Assembly: GCA_046563655.1 (NCBI GenBank)
Contig: CM102287.1
Coordinates: forward strand, 3,844,001-3,908,000
Direction of reading: 5' to 3'
Source of the DNA: Yuukianura sp. NJ FZ-2021
Taxonomy: Eukaryota
Length of the DNA stretch: 64,000 bases
In this document: in pieces, positions 37,981-51,472 of the stretch
Numbering within the stretch: position 1 is the stretch's first letter
Layout of the letters: every line of letters begins with the position of its first letter
Position numbers and translations under genes: made by a program
Notes under the pieces: generated by a model
What the model saw: the letters and a program-made list of their open reading frames with translations, nothing else
Told to the model about the DNA's origin: nothing
The model's database searches: none

Positions 37981-40498
37981 ATGGACCCTTGGGAATTCAC
38001 AATGAGCCTTGCCGTTGGCCTCGTTTTTCTCTACTTTTTCAAATCGTGGTTCGACAATCGACATTTACCGCCAGGTAAACGTCCACGCCATTAAAGATGT
38101 AACGGCATCAATTGACACATGGTGTTAGAAATCTTAAAACAATAGTGTGCTATTGTCTTAAACAATTCTCTACATTTTTACTCCATCTTCGTTATGCTAA
38201 TGTTAAAACTAAATTAATGTTGTTAATTAAGTTTATTAAAATTTTAACACTTTTTTAATTAGGACCATGGGGAATTCCGGTTGTGGGCTACATGCCATTC
38301 CTACTATCAAATCCAATGGAAAAATTTCAGCAAATGGCGGCCAAGTACGGCAAAGTCTTTTCTTTGTCCGTAGGAAACTTTAAGTAAGTTGTGACCTCTG
38401 ACCTCTCTGGTCACTATAAATTCCATTTCTGGTGACTTTTCATATTGTCAGTAACTTATTTTACACTGCTCTTGTTTTTTAGAGTGGTTGTCCTCAATGA
38501 TTTCAAACTCATCACTGAAACTTTCAACCAAGATGTAAGTTCTGTTCTAAAACTTGTACTTATTACTTTAAATAAAAACTTAAAGTGCATTAATTGACTT
38601 ACTTAATTAATCGATATCCCAATTTTTAATAATCTAACGCTAAATTTAAGGTATACACTGCCAGGCCGGAATTTGAAGTCTATCAGTATCGGAATCACTT
38701 CAAACACCGAGGTAAAGCACAAATCTTAGAAAAACTTCCAAAATTTGTAAAAATTTCAAAATTTGCAAACTTTCAAAATTTGTAAAATTTGACCTTGCAG
38801 GAATCCTTCTTGGTGATGGACACTTTTGGTCTGAACACAGGCGTTACATCCTCAGGAACCTCCGAACATTTGGATTCGGAAAACAAGCCACCATGGACGG
38901 ACTTCTCAGTTACGAAGTCCAGGAAGCCATGAATCACATTGAGTAAGCTAAATGTTCAAAGTTTCAAAAAATTTCAAAAAAAAAAATTCAAAATTTTGTA
39001 AAATTTTTTCTTTTTTTTTCAATAGTGAGTATACCGGAAAAGTGTTTAATCCCAGGAACATCTTCAACGCTGCAGTGCTCAATTCCCTTTGGTTCCTTTG
39101 TACTGGATCCAGATTTGACCCCAAGGACGAAGAATTCCAGTTCTGCGTCAGAGCATTTACAGAGTAAAAACACATTATAAATCAAAATCAAATACACAAA
39201 TTTTTAAATTTTAAATTTCAAAATTTTGAATCTTTTTAGAAATTTGACCAAACTGCATCCCACAGGCGTTGTGTTCTTCTTCCCTGTTGTTCTTCGTCAA
39301 CTCGCAAGGGGTCTGTACAAGTTCTTCCAAGAATCGACTCGAAGGGTCCAAGGGCTCGTGAAGCGACATGTCGACGAACATCGCAAAACGTTTGACCCCA
39401 ACGTGACCCGTGACCTCTTGGACACTCTCATTGCCAAACAACTTAGCACGACTGACCCCGCCAGCAGTTTTTACGGCGAAGAAGCCTATCTTAACATCCT
39501 GGTTGACCTGACTGATCTGTTCCTGGCTGGAGCAGAAACGTAAGTTTACAAAAATTTAAATGTCAAGTTTTGAGCTCTCCAGAAATTAAACTTTGACCTT
39601 TGACCTCCAGAACGTCAACAACATTGCAGTGGATTGTGCTGTACATGATTACATACCCCGAGATCCAGGAGAAAGTTCAGGAAGAAATTGACAGGGTACT
39701 TGGCACAAGGGCTCCTACGCTCGCTGACAGGGCAAGCATGACCTATGTAGAAGCTACACTCAACGAAACACACCGGTAAGTCACCCTTGACCTGCACCCT
39801 TAACATAACATTATGTACAAAAACATTAAATTACATAAAAACATAACACTGCATTCCTTGCATAAACCAACGAAAACAAGATTACATAAAAAACATGAAC
39901 ATTACGCACCTTGCATAACATAGCACACGAAAACATTAGATTACATAAAAAACATAACTAGAGGCTAACCGAATTCTCTGAATTTGCAGATACGCCTCCA
40001 TGCTTCCAATTGGCGTATTCCACAGCACCTGGGATCAAACTGGTACGGTTTGGCCTAATGAATTACTTAATTAATTAGTAATTACTTAATTACTAATTAC
40101 TTGTAATTAACTCTGTAATCTTCTTTGTTATAGAAATGGAAGGCTACACAATTCCGAAGGGTACCGTCGTAATGGCCAACACGCGAGCCTGTCACTTTGA
40201 CCCTACGTACTGGAAGGACCCCGAGACCTTTGACCCCTCAAGGTTCATTGACCCCGTGACCCACAAACTCATCAAACACGACAACTTCATCCCCTTCTCC
40301 GTCGGAAAGAGACAGTGTCTAGGCATGGAACTAGCAAAAGACACGCTCTTCATGTTCTTCTGCACTCTCATGCAAAAGTACACTCTTGTAAGGGACCCTA
40401 AAGGGCCCACGACCTTTGACCTCTCTCCAAGGGCCCCCAGTGTCATCGTAGCCCCTAAACCATACAACGTCATGTTCACACCCCGCAATAACAACTAA
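37981..40498 (+). CDS. Cytochrome P450, CYP2-clan type; 10 exons with an intact reading frame
   Basis: N-terminal TM anchor then LPPGPWGIPVVG; WxxxR (WSEHRR), I-helix AGAETTSTTL, K-helix ETHR, PETFDPSRF and heme motif FSVGKRQCLG. All junctions are phase-consistent. Confidence 0.95.
39803..39959. repeat. Intronic tandem repeat, ~55 bp unit containing ACATAAC...ATTACATAAAA
   Basis: Three copies of aaaaca(tt)a(a/g)attacataaaa in CYP intron 8. Confidence 0.65.
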
Positions 40499-40897
40499 AC
40501 ACAAACTAATTAAGAACCGCAATTAAATTAACTTCCATTTAATATATTTTCCAAACCTCCAATAAAAGTTTCGTTTTTAACAAAGTTTTCAAATTCTGGT
40601 TTCTGAATGCTTGATTTTGAAAACTTTAAGGATACCAGTGAGCAATTTAAAGGACAGAACATGTTACTAACATAACTTGGAGCTTCTTTGCAGCAAAATT
40701 ACAAAATATTGCCAGCATTCTAAACGGAACGCAAGTACACAGCATCCAGTAGATGCTAAATACGTAGTTTAACGTATCTTGTAGTTTTTAAAATTTTAAA
40801 CTTCTTAAGTTGAAGTTAAAATTTTCAACTTTTTGAAAATCTATCTCAGTCTACACAAAATAAATCTAAGTATTTTACATAAATATTTTTTCGAAAT

Positions 40898-43800
40898 TTA
40901 AGTCTCAATCTCTGCATTCTGTTTCATAATTCTCAAAAGATAGAAAATCCCTGTATTATCAACCGTAACAAATTGTGAAAATGTCGGATCACTTACAACT
41001 TTGGAAGCAAAATTTCCTCGAAAATAAATTGAGTTCAGTAACTCCCGCTTTCCTTGCTTTCCAATTTTCATTCCACTTGGAAGTTCCAGCGACATGCGAC
41101 TGGAAGGACGTGAGGACGCTGAATCTCCAGATCTGCGTCGTCGTCTCTCCGCCATGAAACTGCTTTTCGGAATTTGCTCTGCCGGCTGGAAAAAACGAAA
41201 CCAAAAACTTAAAATTTTGAAAAAGCAAGAAAAATTTTTTGAATTTTTTTTCTTTTGATGTCTTACTTTTCCCAAAGACCAAACTCCAAGCCGATCTCCG
41301 CAGGAAACGAGCCAGCGTCGATCGCCAATTTCGATTGGAGAGAACACGAGTTGTCGAACGGGAGCTTTATGCAAAACTAAATTTTGCACTTCAGCGTAAA
41401 TTCCTCCAGAACCGCCAGATTCCCAAATTGTGATGAGTCCATTTTTGAATCCCACCGCCAATTTGACTCCATCCGGACTAAAAGCAAGCGCTGTAATCGC
41501 TGATTTGTGTGCTGAACTATGAAATGTTGGACGGAGAACTCCCACTCCAAGTCGAAGTGAACAAAAACAAATTCCATCATCACGCGTTCCAATTGCAAGA
41601 CAAGAGGAATCCAATTTTAGAGCACTGGAAGACGCATGGCCAAGGTCAGGGTCATCACACCCCTTCAGTTCCGCCTTCCCCTCCAGGTCAAAAATCTAAA
41701 AAAAAAAAAAGTTCAAAATTTTGAGTTTCCAGAATTTTCAAAATTTCGATTTGTCGACTTACCACAACAGGTCCTCGTTTATGTTCACAGACAAAGGCGA
41801 CTTGTCGATGAAACGGAAAATGGACTCCGACGACATTCCTTCTTGGCAGTTTAATTTGAAAATGGAGCACAAAATTTTTGAGAATTTGAACAGCACCGTA
41901 ATCCGAAATCCCGACCAAGAACTCATCAGTTGAGTTAAATTGCAGCACTCTTACTTCACTTTCCAAATCAGCCACTAAATCAATACTTTTTGAGCAACCG
42001 TTGAGTGTATTGCTAACTTCATGCTTTGTGATGGCCTTTGACTCTTCATGGATTCTGTAAATCATTCCTCCCGCCGTTCCAACTACAACGTTTGAGCCAG
42101 TCGTTGACAGACAAACGACTTTTATTTCAGATCGTAGTTTACTCGTTTCTTGTACCAAAGTTGCATCTTTGTAAATCTGTAAAAGTAAAAAAAAAACATC
42201 ATCATCATCATCATCATGTCATCATCATCATCCATTAACATAATCATCTTCAACATCATCAAGCATCATCATCATCACTCATCGATATGATGAGCATGAT
42301 CATCATTCATCAGCTTCATTATCGTGATCATCATTCATCAGCATCATCATCAATATTTTTTAACAAAAACGAGTTTTCATAGCTTGTTTACTTGAATCGT
42401 ATCCGAGTCTGTTGAGAAAACAGAAAGGAAATGGCCCGAATCCGTCACTCCTGGTAAGTTTCTGCTTTCTATAAAAACAGCGTCGAATTCCTGACGCTTC
42501 TGAGCTGGTTTTTGTCCAGTGATGTCCTTCTCTACGTCCCAAACCATCACAGTCTGATCTTCACTTCCGCTCAGCAGCGTCCATTCATCAACTTTCGAAA
42601 AATCCAAACACCTCAACAACCTGAAACAAAAGAAGCAAATCAATCACTCATCTCAAAATTTAAAATCTCAAAATTTCCAAAATTTCAGCTTTTTTTAAAA
42701 ATACTTACCCCGTATGTGTGTTGAATTCACCCAAGAATTCTTTAGTGAGTAAATTGAACAAACAGATTTTCATATTCGAAGTTCCACAGGCCAGTAGAAG
42801 ATCCTTATGATCCTGCGTAATCGCTGCACAGCGATAGAGGCCCTGCGTCTGCGTCTTCTTCGGTATAAATTGTTCTCTTACAATCTTCACAAAATGTTCT
42901 CCATTGTCAATTGACGCTGAAAGGGGCTGGAAGGCATAAGTTGACGCTGAATTCCTTATACTATTGGTCCGCACTTCGTCGCTTCCATTCGTAAATCGCT
43001 CCAGCGTTGTTGGGGGAAGTAGAAACGGACCACAAGTTGACCTTTGACCTCTCCACGCCGCTGCTCTGGATGCATCCACTTCCGTTCTGGCTCCAGCGCT
43101 GTCCATTCCAGGAAAACTTCTTCTCGGACTCAAACTTTTCCTTCTCGGCGCTCCCAGGGATTCTCCCGTTTCAACTTTCCATAATCCAATGTCATTTTCT
43201 GACACAACGCAGATCCAGTCAGCAGCAAAGTACAGGACAGAAACAATGTTCATGTTGGCTGCCTGGACAGACGCTGTGACCGAGGACTGGAGAAGTGGAA
43301 AAAGGCACAGTTGATTTCCAGTTCCAAGCAGGATATAAGGAATCCCACTGGAAGAACTGATTGGTCCAAAGTGACAACTCACAAAAGGTGAAATACTGCC
43401 AGCACCAGCGATTGGCAGTATCGGAGATGGCAGGAGTACAGTTGACGGTGAATTTTTGTAAAGTATTTGGCCATCACTGACATTCCAAACCAGTATTTCA
43501 TTTGATGATGCTGACACGACTTCGGTTCCGGTCGGAGAAAATTGTGCACAGGAGACTCCGGCCGTATGAAACTCAAAGGTGAAAAAACTTTGATCTTCAA
43601 TTTTCTCAAATGTCCAAATGCTATTGCGAATTTTGGGAGAAGGCGAGTCGTTCCCAGAACTTTGACGAGAGTAACGCGTAGATGATCTCAGATCATTTTG
43701 AATGATAGAGTTCAAAGATGTCCAGATTTTGCATGTGGAATCTTCAGATGTCGATAGAAAAATCAGCTTATACGTTTCTCCATTCTCATTTGAATAATTT

Positions 43801-46197
43801 GACCCCGTTGGACATTCGAAGGTTGTCAAGCATGTCACAGTATCTGTGTGACCCGAAAATCTCCAAATGACTGCACATGACCTCATGTCACACAACTAAA
43901 AACCAAAAATATTAAATTTCAAAATTTTACTCTTCAAAATTTTGAATTTTTCAAAATTTTACCTCGATGGTTCCCTCGTTGAGTCCTGCTAAAAAGTAGT
44001 GACCTTCCGACCCCACAAATTTGACACACCGAACACCTCCGGAACAGACTACACTCGACTCAGGATTCTTCCATTGTTGGGTATCAGCTCCGATCCACTC
44101 AAAATAGAGTCTACTTGGTTCCGAAAATGCAATTTCTCGTGCCATTTGTTGAAGTCCTTCGAAATTCGGATTCTGTAGGGCAAGTTGTACAATGTCAACG
44201 TCTTCTTGGCCATACTTGACATACCCCACAAGTTCAGCAAATCCTTGAATCTCTTCCAGTATCTTCATGTGCTGCTCACTTCCACCGAGGATAAAATCTC
44301 TATACTTCCTCAAGTCTGTGAGCAGATCAGCTGGTCCGCAGAGTCTCAATTTCTCTCCAATGAAAAGCAGGTTGAGATAAATTTGTGGAAAGAGTGCAAA
44401 CTGACGAGACTTGTGAAGGTGATAGCCAATGTAGAAGTGAATGTAGTCATCGTCTGGTAACTTGTCAAAGTTATACTCACATTTTGTGAGATATTGCGAT
44501 ATCAAACGTTGATGCAGAGCTTGCTCACTGCTGCCAATATCATCTTCTTTAGAATTGCACTGGAGATGATGTTTCAAGTAGTCCAGTTGGAGGCTGTGGA
44601 TGGAGTAGACATGCCAGTTACGTGCTGGATGGACTTCTTCACAGATGAGACTCTTCTTGACAAAGTGTTTCATGATGTCGCCCACTTCATAACGTTCCAC
44701 ACCCCACAAAACTTCTAAAACTGGACACGGAATGGACACGTCATCTTGAAATAGAGCAAAATCGTAGTAATACGAACGTTTCTTCTCATCGAGGGCTTCC
44801 ACTGACAGTGAAATGGCATCATAGATGGACTCATGTTCATAGTCACGGTTTCGACGAATTTTGGAGTAACGACGTTTGCTCAACGCGTCTAAATAGTATG
44901 ACCAACGACCTTCGTCCCGAATTTCGTCCGGATGATCCTGAATGAGTGATGAAATGAGGCTGACAACCATTGGAGAGCCTGGAAAAGGAAAAAAAAAGTA
45001 AAACCGAAACGAAATGAAAACGTTTTCAAATTCAGGAACATATGTTGGTAAATTTTGACTTTACCTTTTGAAGTGTAGTGAATGGATTTGGCAGCAGTTG
45101 GAACGTCTTCGACTTGTTCAAAATTCAGCGTTTTCCGAAAGAGTTCCATAGACTCTGCCTCTGAAAATCCGGAATCAATACGTAGCTTTTTCGTCCGACC
45201 TTGGACGACGTCCATCACAGAAATGTCTCTCGTGGTAACCATCGTTGCACAGCCAACGTCAAAGGAACGAATCACTTCTGCACGCCAAACTCCGTCCAGA
45301 ACGAGCAGTGCTTTCGGTCGCTTCATAAAAGCTACTCGCAACATTTCTCCTCCGTGCTCCAGCGATACTGGAGATCTTGTTTCTTCCAATTTATCACAAA
45401 GAATACGTATCTAAGCAAAAAATAAAGTTATGATTGTTATGATATACATGTTAGGTAAAAAAAACTGACCTTTGACATCAGTCCATCCTTGGTGTCACTC
45501 CCTTCCTTACCAATTGCCATCATGTAGACACCATCAGGAAATACGTTTTTAATCAAAGAAGCACTGTTGATTGCCTGTTGAGCCAAAATGGATTTGCCGC
45601 AACCCGCCATCCCTTGAAGTACTAAAAAGTGACTGCGACGTAAATGTTTCAGTTCAGTTCGGACAGTTTCCACAAGTTGCTTTCGTTCAACAGCCACAAG
45701 GGGACAGTTGACCCCACCAGCTTCCAACATCGTCCTAACTCTCGTGTGTTTTGGTGACTCAAAGACATTGTCATCTTCGTCACCCGATGGAGTGCCAGCC
45801 ACTGGTGGCTTCCGGGAGTCAGGAACGTCTGTTTCAGTGAGACTCGTGTATAGCCAGTCGTAGTGTTTTTGAAGAGATTCGATAAAGATCGGAATCACGT
45901 TGCCATCCGGGTTGGCAGTGGCCTTTGCTTCCAATATTTTGAGCAACAAGATACTTTTGTCTTTTAGTGTGACCTGCAACGAGAAAAGCTAAATTAATCA
46001 GCACTTTCCTTCATAAAGTGTTTCTTAAATCTTACTTCATGCTCGATTCGTTGCTTGTCATCGTGTGACAGGATCAATTGCTCCAGAAGGAACGGAATGA
46101 CTTGGTTCACGTCCAAATCAGCAACGATGGCAGCCTTATTATAACGCAGCAGTTCAAGTTGCTCGGCAAGCTTTGCTTTTGTGTCTTCATTTTCCAT
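40898..46197 (-). CDS. Apaf1: Apaf-1/Dark-type apoptosome protein (CARD, NB-ARC, WD40 repeats); multi-exon
   Basis: CARD-like LLRYNKAAIVADLDVNQVIPFLLEQLILSHDD; P-loop LQGMAGCGKS; Walker B LLVLDGVW; VTTRD sensor; KGSPMVVSLI GxP motif; helical domain PDDDYIHFYIGYHL; multiple WD40 repeats (GHTDTVTCL, HTAGVSCAQFSPTG, HKSAITALAFSPDG). Confidence 0.93.
42197..42352. repeat. (CAT)n-type degenerate microsatellite in an Apaf-1 intron
   Basis: Long catcatcat array between the donor at ~42390 and the acceptor at ~42177. Confidence 0.85.
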
Positions 46198-48057
46198 TTT
46201 GTAAAAGATTCTTGACCCATAAGGTCAAACCCTGTAGTTTTGGAATGTTAATCAGTCGCTGTTCTCTGCAGTGTCCAGTCCTTTCTGCTACCGAAATGTC
46301 ATCCTCCTCAAGCAATGTATATTTGAACCTGTAAATGAATAATTCAGTTATAAACTAATTAAAAGTTAATTAATTAAGTTCCTCAATTAAAAACTGAATA
46401 ATTAGTACGTGTCCAGCCAGTCCAGCGGCTGGACTCCAGCTTCCAGCGGGAGCCCAGCCTTATCATTTAATTTCCGTATCTAATGCCACAAATTTAATTA
46501 GTAACTGTGTAGTGTTTGCTATGAACTTACTGTCCAGAGTGTCCGGATTAGGGAGCTGAAGCTACAGCACCGAACACTGTCAGTGTCACTCCCAGTATCA
46601 ACTGTTCCGGATAACCGGAAGTTTCAGTCTTTTCTTCAACTTTGGGTTAAGTTTTTCACCTGTCTGAGTCTAACTTACTTGAGCTGTCTAACTGAAGTTT
46701 AAGTTAAGTGGCGGTACGGCTAAGTTAATCACGTCAATTTACAATTACCTAGTAACAACATACACAAAATTAACGGTAAACACAATCAGTTGATCCAGTG
46801 AATCACAACAAAGCTGAGATCCAAATTAGCCTCAAGCAGATCTCTCTCAGCACAGAGATCTGCAGACGACAGAGTGACGACACTTTGGCAAAAAAAAACA
46901 AAATCACATGTTCTCCCTTTCTCCTCGCTTTCTCTACTTTCTTCTCACACCAAAATCAAAACTTTAAATTGATTAGTGCTAATGTTTACTAATCTAATTA
47001 AACAGTATTTAGCGCACTAATAAGTTACTTAAAAAACAAATACTTTGAACATGACATCATCATCCATCCCATAAATGCCGGTGATTAAACTACATGTTAT
47101 TCCATTAGTGTTTTGAAATAAAAATTCACAGTTGACCCGTTTACGTTGGAGTAGTGTAAATTTTTCAATTACAAAAAGAAACACACAACTTACAAAAGCA
47201 CTGGACCGGAAGCGAAATTTCGAAATTCGGAAATTATTTTTCAGTTCTTAAATTTCAGCGATGTCGTGCATGTCGCTGCTGCTGAAAACGTAGTGAGGAA
47301 ATGACGCTGATTTTGTTTGTTGTTGCTGACAAGTTAAATCTGTAAAAAGCCCAAAAATGTTTGATTTTGGTGTTGGATCTGTCCAGGACAAAGTGAATGC
47401 CAAAACTGTGTCAATCCGAAAATGACTAAAACCGAGAGAAAAGTCTTGGAAGTAACTTGGATCCGCCATGACCCAGATATCCATAATTCTCCGCTTTTCC
47501 CTGGAAAGAATTTATTTCTCATTGAATTCCAGTGAAAGGACTAATAGGAGTGAGTCATTCCTCGGTTGCTTAGCAACGGATCTTCATGTCCAGAACAACC
47601 TTGGATACCAATCACTACCTACCTTTACTACCCACCACAGTGACTCAACTTTCTTCTACTCCGGATATCACCACACTTTCTATCCATATAACTTTCACCC
47701 CCTGATGCTCTTTCCAAATAAATCGCTTTCCCAGTAATCGAAGTAATCGATTTTTACGCGTCCAGGCACATCGTCGTCACTGCAAGGATGAAAAATCGTG
47801 TTGTTTCTTCGCAAAAGTTACAGCATGATGGAAACAAATGTTACTTCCGGAATCGCTTCCGGTAAATGCATGCTATGGAGCACAAATTTTGCACGAACGA
47901 CAAGTCGACGACATCAGTTGACATCCGTTGAGCTTCCACAAAACTTGTTTCATAATTCTGCTGGAAGGTGTTTTTCGAAATTCTGCTGGAAGGTGTTTTT
48001 CGAAATTTCCAATCCTGCAAATATTCAAAATTTTAAAAATTAGCATCAATCGCTGAA

Positions 48058-48962
48058 ATGTCAGCCGCTAGTAAGAATTCTACTCTCAGCTTGATTCCAA
48101 TTGTAGATAAAAAGAAAGTTTCTAAAATCCTAAGCGAAGAGGGGTCAGCAGCAGGTAGGGGTAAGCCATTGGAGTTAAAACCAAAACATAAAAAATGAAT
48201 TCAGAATTTTGAAAAACAGTTTTTTGAAAACAGATTCTCAAAATTTTCAAGACCAAGCTTTCCTGGATCGGTTGCAGCTAGTAGAACTTGAATCTGAACT
48301 GAGGATAAAGTTAAAATCCAAGGAGAAACGGAGCAAACTTGACGCAGAAGAGGAAGAATCGCTGCTGAAGCAAATTGAAACACAAAGAGAGAAAGTACGC
48401 CGAGTGTATTTGCAAGAAATCGCTGAAATTGAACGACAAGGCAAAATTGTAAAAACCTGCAAAAAAAAACTTCTCAAAATTTTGAAAATCCTCATAAAAA
48501 GTATAAATTTTTTTGAAAGTTGAAACTCACATTTTTGTTCTGCAGAAAAGCGAAGCACGGCAGCGACAACTGGAGATTGCTCGTAGACTAGAACAAATCC
48601 GAATTGACGAAGCGCGTCAAAAAGATGAAGATGAAGCCACCCAGAAGCGTCTTCTCCATGAACTCATCCACGCCAGCGACCAAAGTAATCAGCGATCAGC
48701 GCTTGCATCTCCAGCGTCTTATCGCTTCAACAACCACACTCCGCTTCCATGGCGTCCTTGGTACTCCGACTTAGGAGCGTGGGACATCGATGTATCTGGA
48801 ATGTCCGAACTGCTGCATTGGTGTCACTCTTGGCAAGCATCTTTGCATCAAATTTATCTTCGTGCTCCACTTTCTCATTTACGAGAACTCAGTCGCTGTT
48901 TAGACGCTGAAAGCGTCCGAGCTCGTGAAGTTATCCGACAAAGATCTGGAATCACACCTTGA
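48058..48962 (+). CDS. Uncharacterised coiled-coil protein; exons ~48058-48153, 48251-48448, 48546-48962, start uncertain
   Basis: Phase-consistent splicing gives MSAASK...AA-DQAFLDRLQLVELESEL...EIERQGKI-KSEARQRQLEIARR...; E/K/R/Q-rich helical region followed by a Trp-rich C-terminal segment. Confidence 0.65.
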
Positions 48963-49071
48963 CCACTCTCAGTCCAAACTTGGAACAAAAATTGTATAAA
49001 AATTAACTTTTTAATTAAGTTTTTGAAAATTAAGTCAATACCTTGAGATCAAAATATTTGAAATTTTGGTT

Positions 49072-50940
49072 TTAAGTAAACTTAAATAAGCGGATTCCGA
49101 TTTCCTCTTGAGCTTTTCCAGCACTTGCGACAAAAATCTCTTCGTTGTCGTCGTCAGCCAGGTCGTAAAAATGTCGTTGTCCAGTTGACACGGCCATTAG
49201 GGGTAAGTAGGGATTCAAACTGAAAAGATAAAACATTTTTTGACTTGACCTTTGACCTCTGACATAAAAAGTACAATTTGACCTTTGACCTCACCTGACA
49301 CCATTGACACAGTCTGTACTGCACTTAAAAGTATGTGACGGGGTCAATGCCGGTCTTGCTCCGAAAGTGTCCATTTCTACGTCAAGATTCTGCGCTGATG
49401 GTGACATATTTTGTAAATCCCAGATTCTAACGTTTCCATCGGTACAGCCGCTGACCAAATATCGTCCTTCTGGACTCAAATCAAAGTAAATCCTTTGACT
49501 TGTCTCAACAACACGCTCGAAAATTTCATATTCCGTTCCAAGGTTTCGCATGTCCCAACAAATCAAACGAGAATCCTAAAAAATCAAACTAAAAATTGAT
49601 TTCTGAATTCATGATTTTCGATTATTTTTGGATTTCGATTACTTTGCGACCTCCCGAGTACAGTTTGGTTCCATCTCGATTGAACTTGAGATTTGTGACT
49701 CCGCCGATGTGACCTTGGAGAACAGCTACAGGAGTTCCATCTTCCATGTAAATTCCAATTCGTCTGTCATAGGATCCACAGGCATAGCAACTACTTCCAT
49801 AAGGACTGACGGCAATGCAAGAAACGATTCCACTTAGATTCAAATCAGGAAGAATCGAGCTTTTACTGTGCTGTCGATGGACACTCTGACGCCCGGGTCT
49901 CGCAACATCAAAAATTCTAACGCCATTGTGATATCCGCAGTAAATCTTCTCTCCGTAGGCGTCAAAAGTGACACTACGGGCGGCTATGATCACATCGGCA
50001 CTGAAAACAAACAATTTCAAGAAAATATTTCATTTTTTTCAAAATTTCGAATTTCATTTCGATAAGTTCAGAATTAATCAGAAAAAATTGTTTTTGAAAA
50101 GTACTAGTTGACGGCAGTGTAAGTGGCTCGCAGTTGACCAGTAAAAGCATCCCAGAGATGAACAGGATTGTCTTGAGCAGTTGTCACAAAACTGAAAGTA
50201 AAAATGACATTTGAGACCGTTCTAACGCCACTTCTAAACAAAAACAACTGTGAGTCAATACAAATATCTACACCTCAGTTTACTCTTTCCAAATACTCAT
50301 TAGTTAAAATCAGTTTCCAGTGTTTTTTTTACCATGCCGTTTCTGGATCCATGGAAGTCATGAACGGAAAAAAACAGAAATCATACACTTGCCCACCCTC
50401 TTTGACCTTCAGTACTGACTGCCAGTTATCATCAAGCGGTTGATCTAAATTGGACCAGTCTGTAACTCCACTCAAGTTCGAGGGAATGTTGAAGAGGCGT
50501 AGAGTTCTGTCTTCGGAATTTGTTAGCAAGCAGCTACCGTCGGGAGCCCTGAAATAGAATAAGACTTTAATTTCTAAAATTACATTTTGGTTTAATTTGT
50601 CGTTTTTTTCCAAGTGTTACCATTTGCACCCTCTTAAGCATCTGTCTTTGTACTCTGATTTGGGAGACACTGCTAAACATTCTAAACGTTCAGAATCCTT
50701 GGACAGCTCATACAGCCAACCATAGTACTGTTCATGACCTTGACCGTTCACTTCATCTTGTTTATCCTGCAACACGTCCATGTCCGAGGTAGAAGTAGTT
50801 CCAATTTTCTCATCATCGTTCTGCTGACATTTAAGAACGTAAGATTGACCGATCACTCTTCCGTTGTCATCGTCTACTTGGGCCACTGACACGGATGTCA
50901 CTGGTTCAGCGTCACCAGAACCCAATGGATCGTCTGCCAT
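49072..50940 (-). CDS. WRAP53: Telomerase Cajal body protein 1 (WRAP53/TCAB1/WDR79); ~6 exons
   Basis: [81 protein letters not shown]...KLYSGGRK, TSQRIYFDL, DCVNGVSLNPYLPL..VSTGQRHF. Confidence 0.92.
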
Positions 50941-51472
50941 GCTGAAACGTTTTCAAAACGGATTTCAAAACGGGCCTTGTATAATGGTTAAAGTCAGTAC
51001 ACTAACCTGTCAATTAATTATAATAATTGTCACCCAGCATCAGCAACAAATTAAAAAATACTGGAACAGCACATGGAATACTGGATACTGGATAACTGGA
51101 ACAAAAAATGTAAACATGATGTGTGGATGCATGAAAAAAAAAGTTGCTCAAAAATAAAATTCAAAAATATTTCCCGCCATTTCTTTTGTTTACATTTTCA
51201 AATCTCGGAAATTGTTTGCTGCACGGGGTATTTTGAGACAAAAATTCTCGGCGCCACTTTTTCAAAACTTATGAAAACATGTGCTGAATTGAAATGAAAC
51301 CACTTTTCGCTTTTGGCTTTTCATTTTTTCCATCGTTCTTTTCCACAGAAAGGTCAAAAGGTTATCGATTAATCGATTAATTAGTAAAATTGGATATTTA
51401 GTTCAATAAGAGTTTTCAGATCTATCAAGTTATTTTCGTATTGACTTCGTCCTGCTCCTCCAAAAAGTGAAA
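50941..51472. promoter_or_regulatory. Short bidirectional promoter region between WRAP53 and RSL1D1
   Basis: Head-to-head start codons ~530 bp apart; E2F-like TTTCCCGCC (~51170) and GGCGCCA (~51250); DRE-like TATCGATTAATCGAT (~51363). Confidence 0.5.

Noticed and set aside
42038..42238. ORF ending in poly-His
   Set aside because: Antisense to Apaf-1 and generated by the intronic CAT microsatellite.
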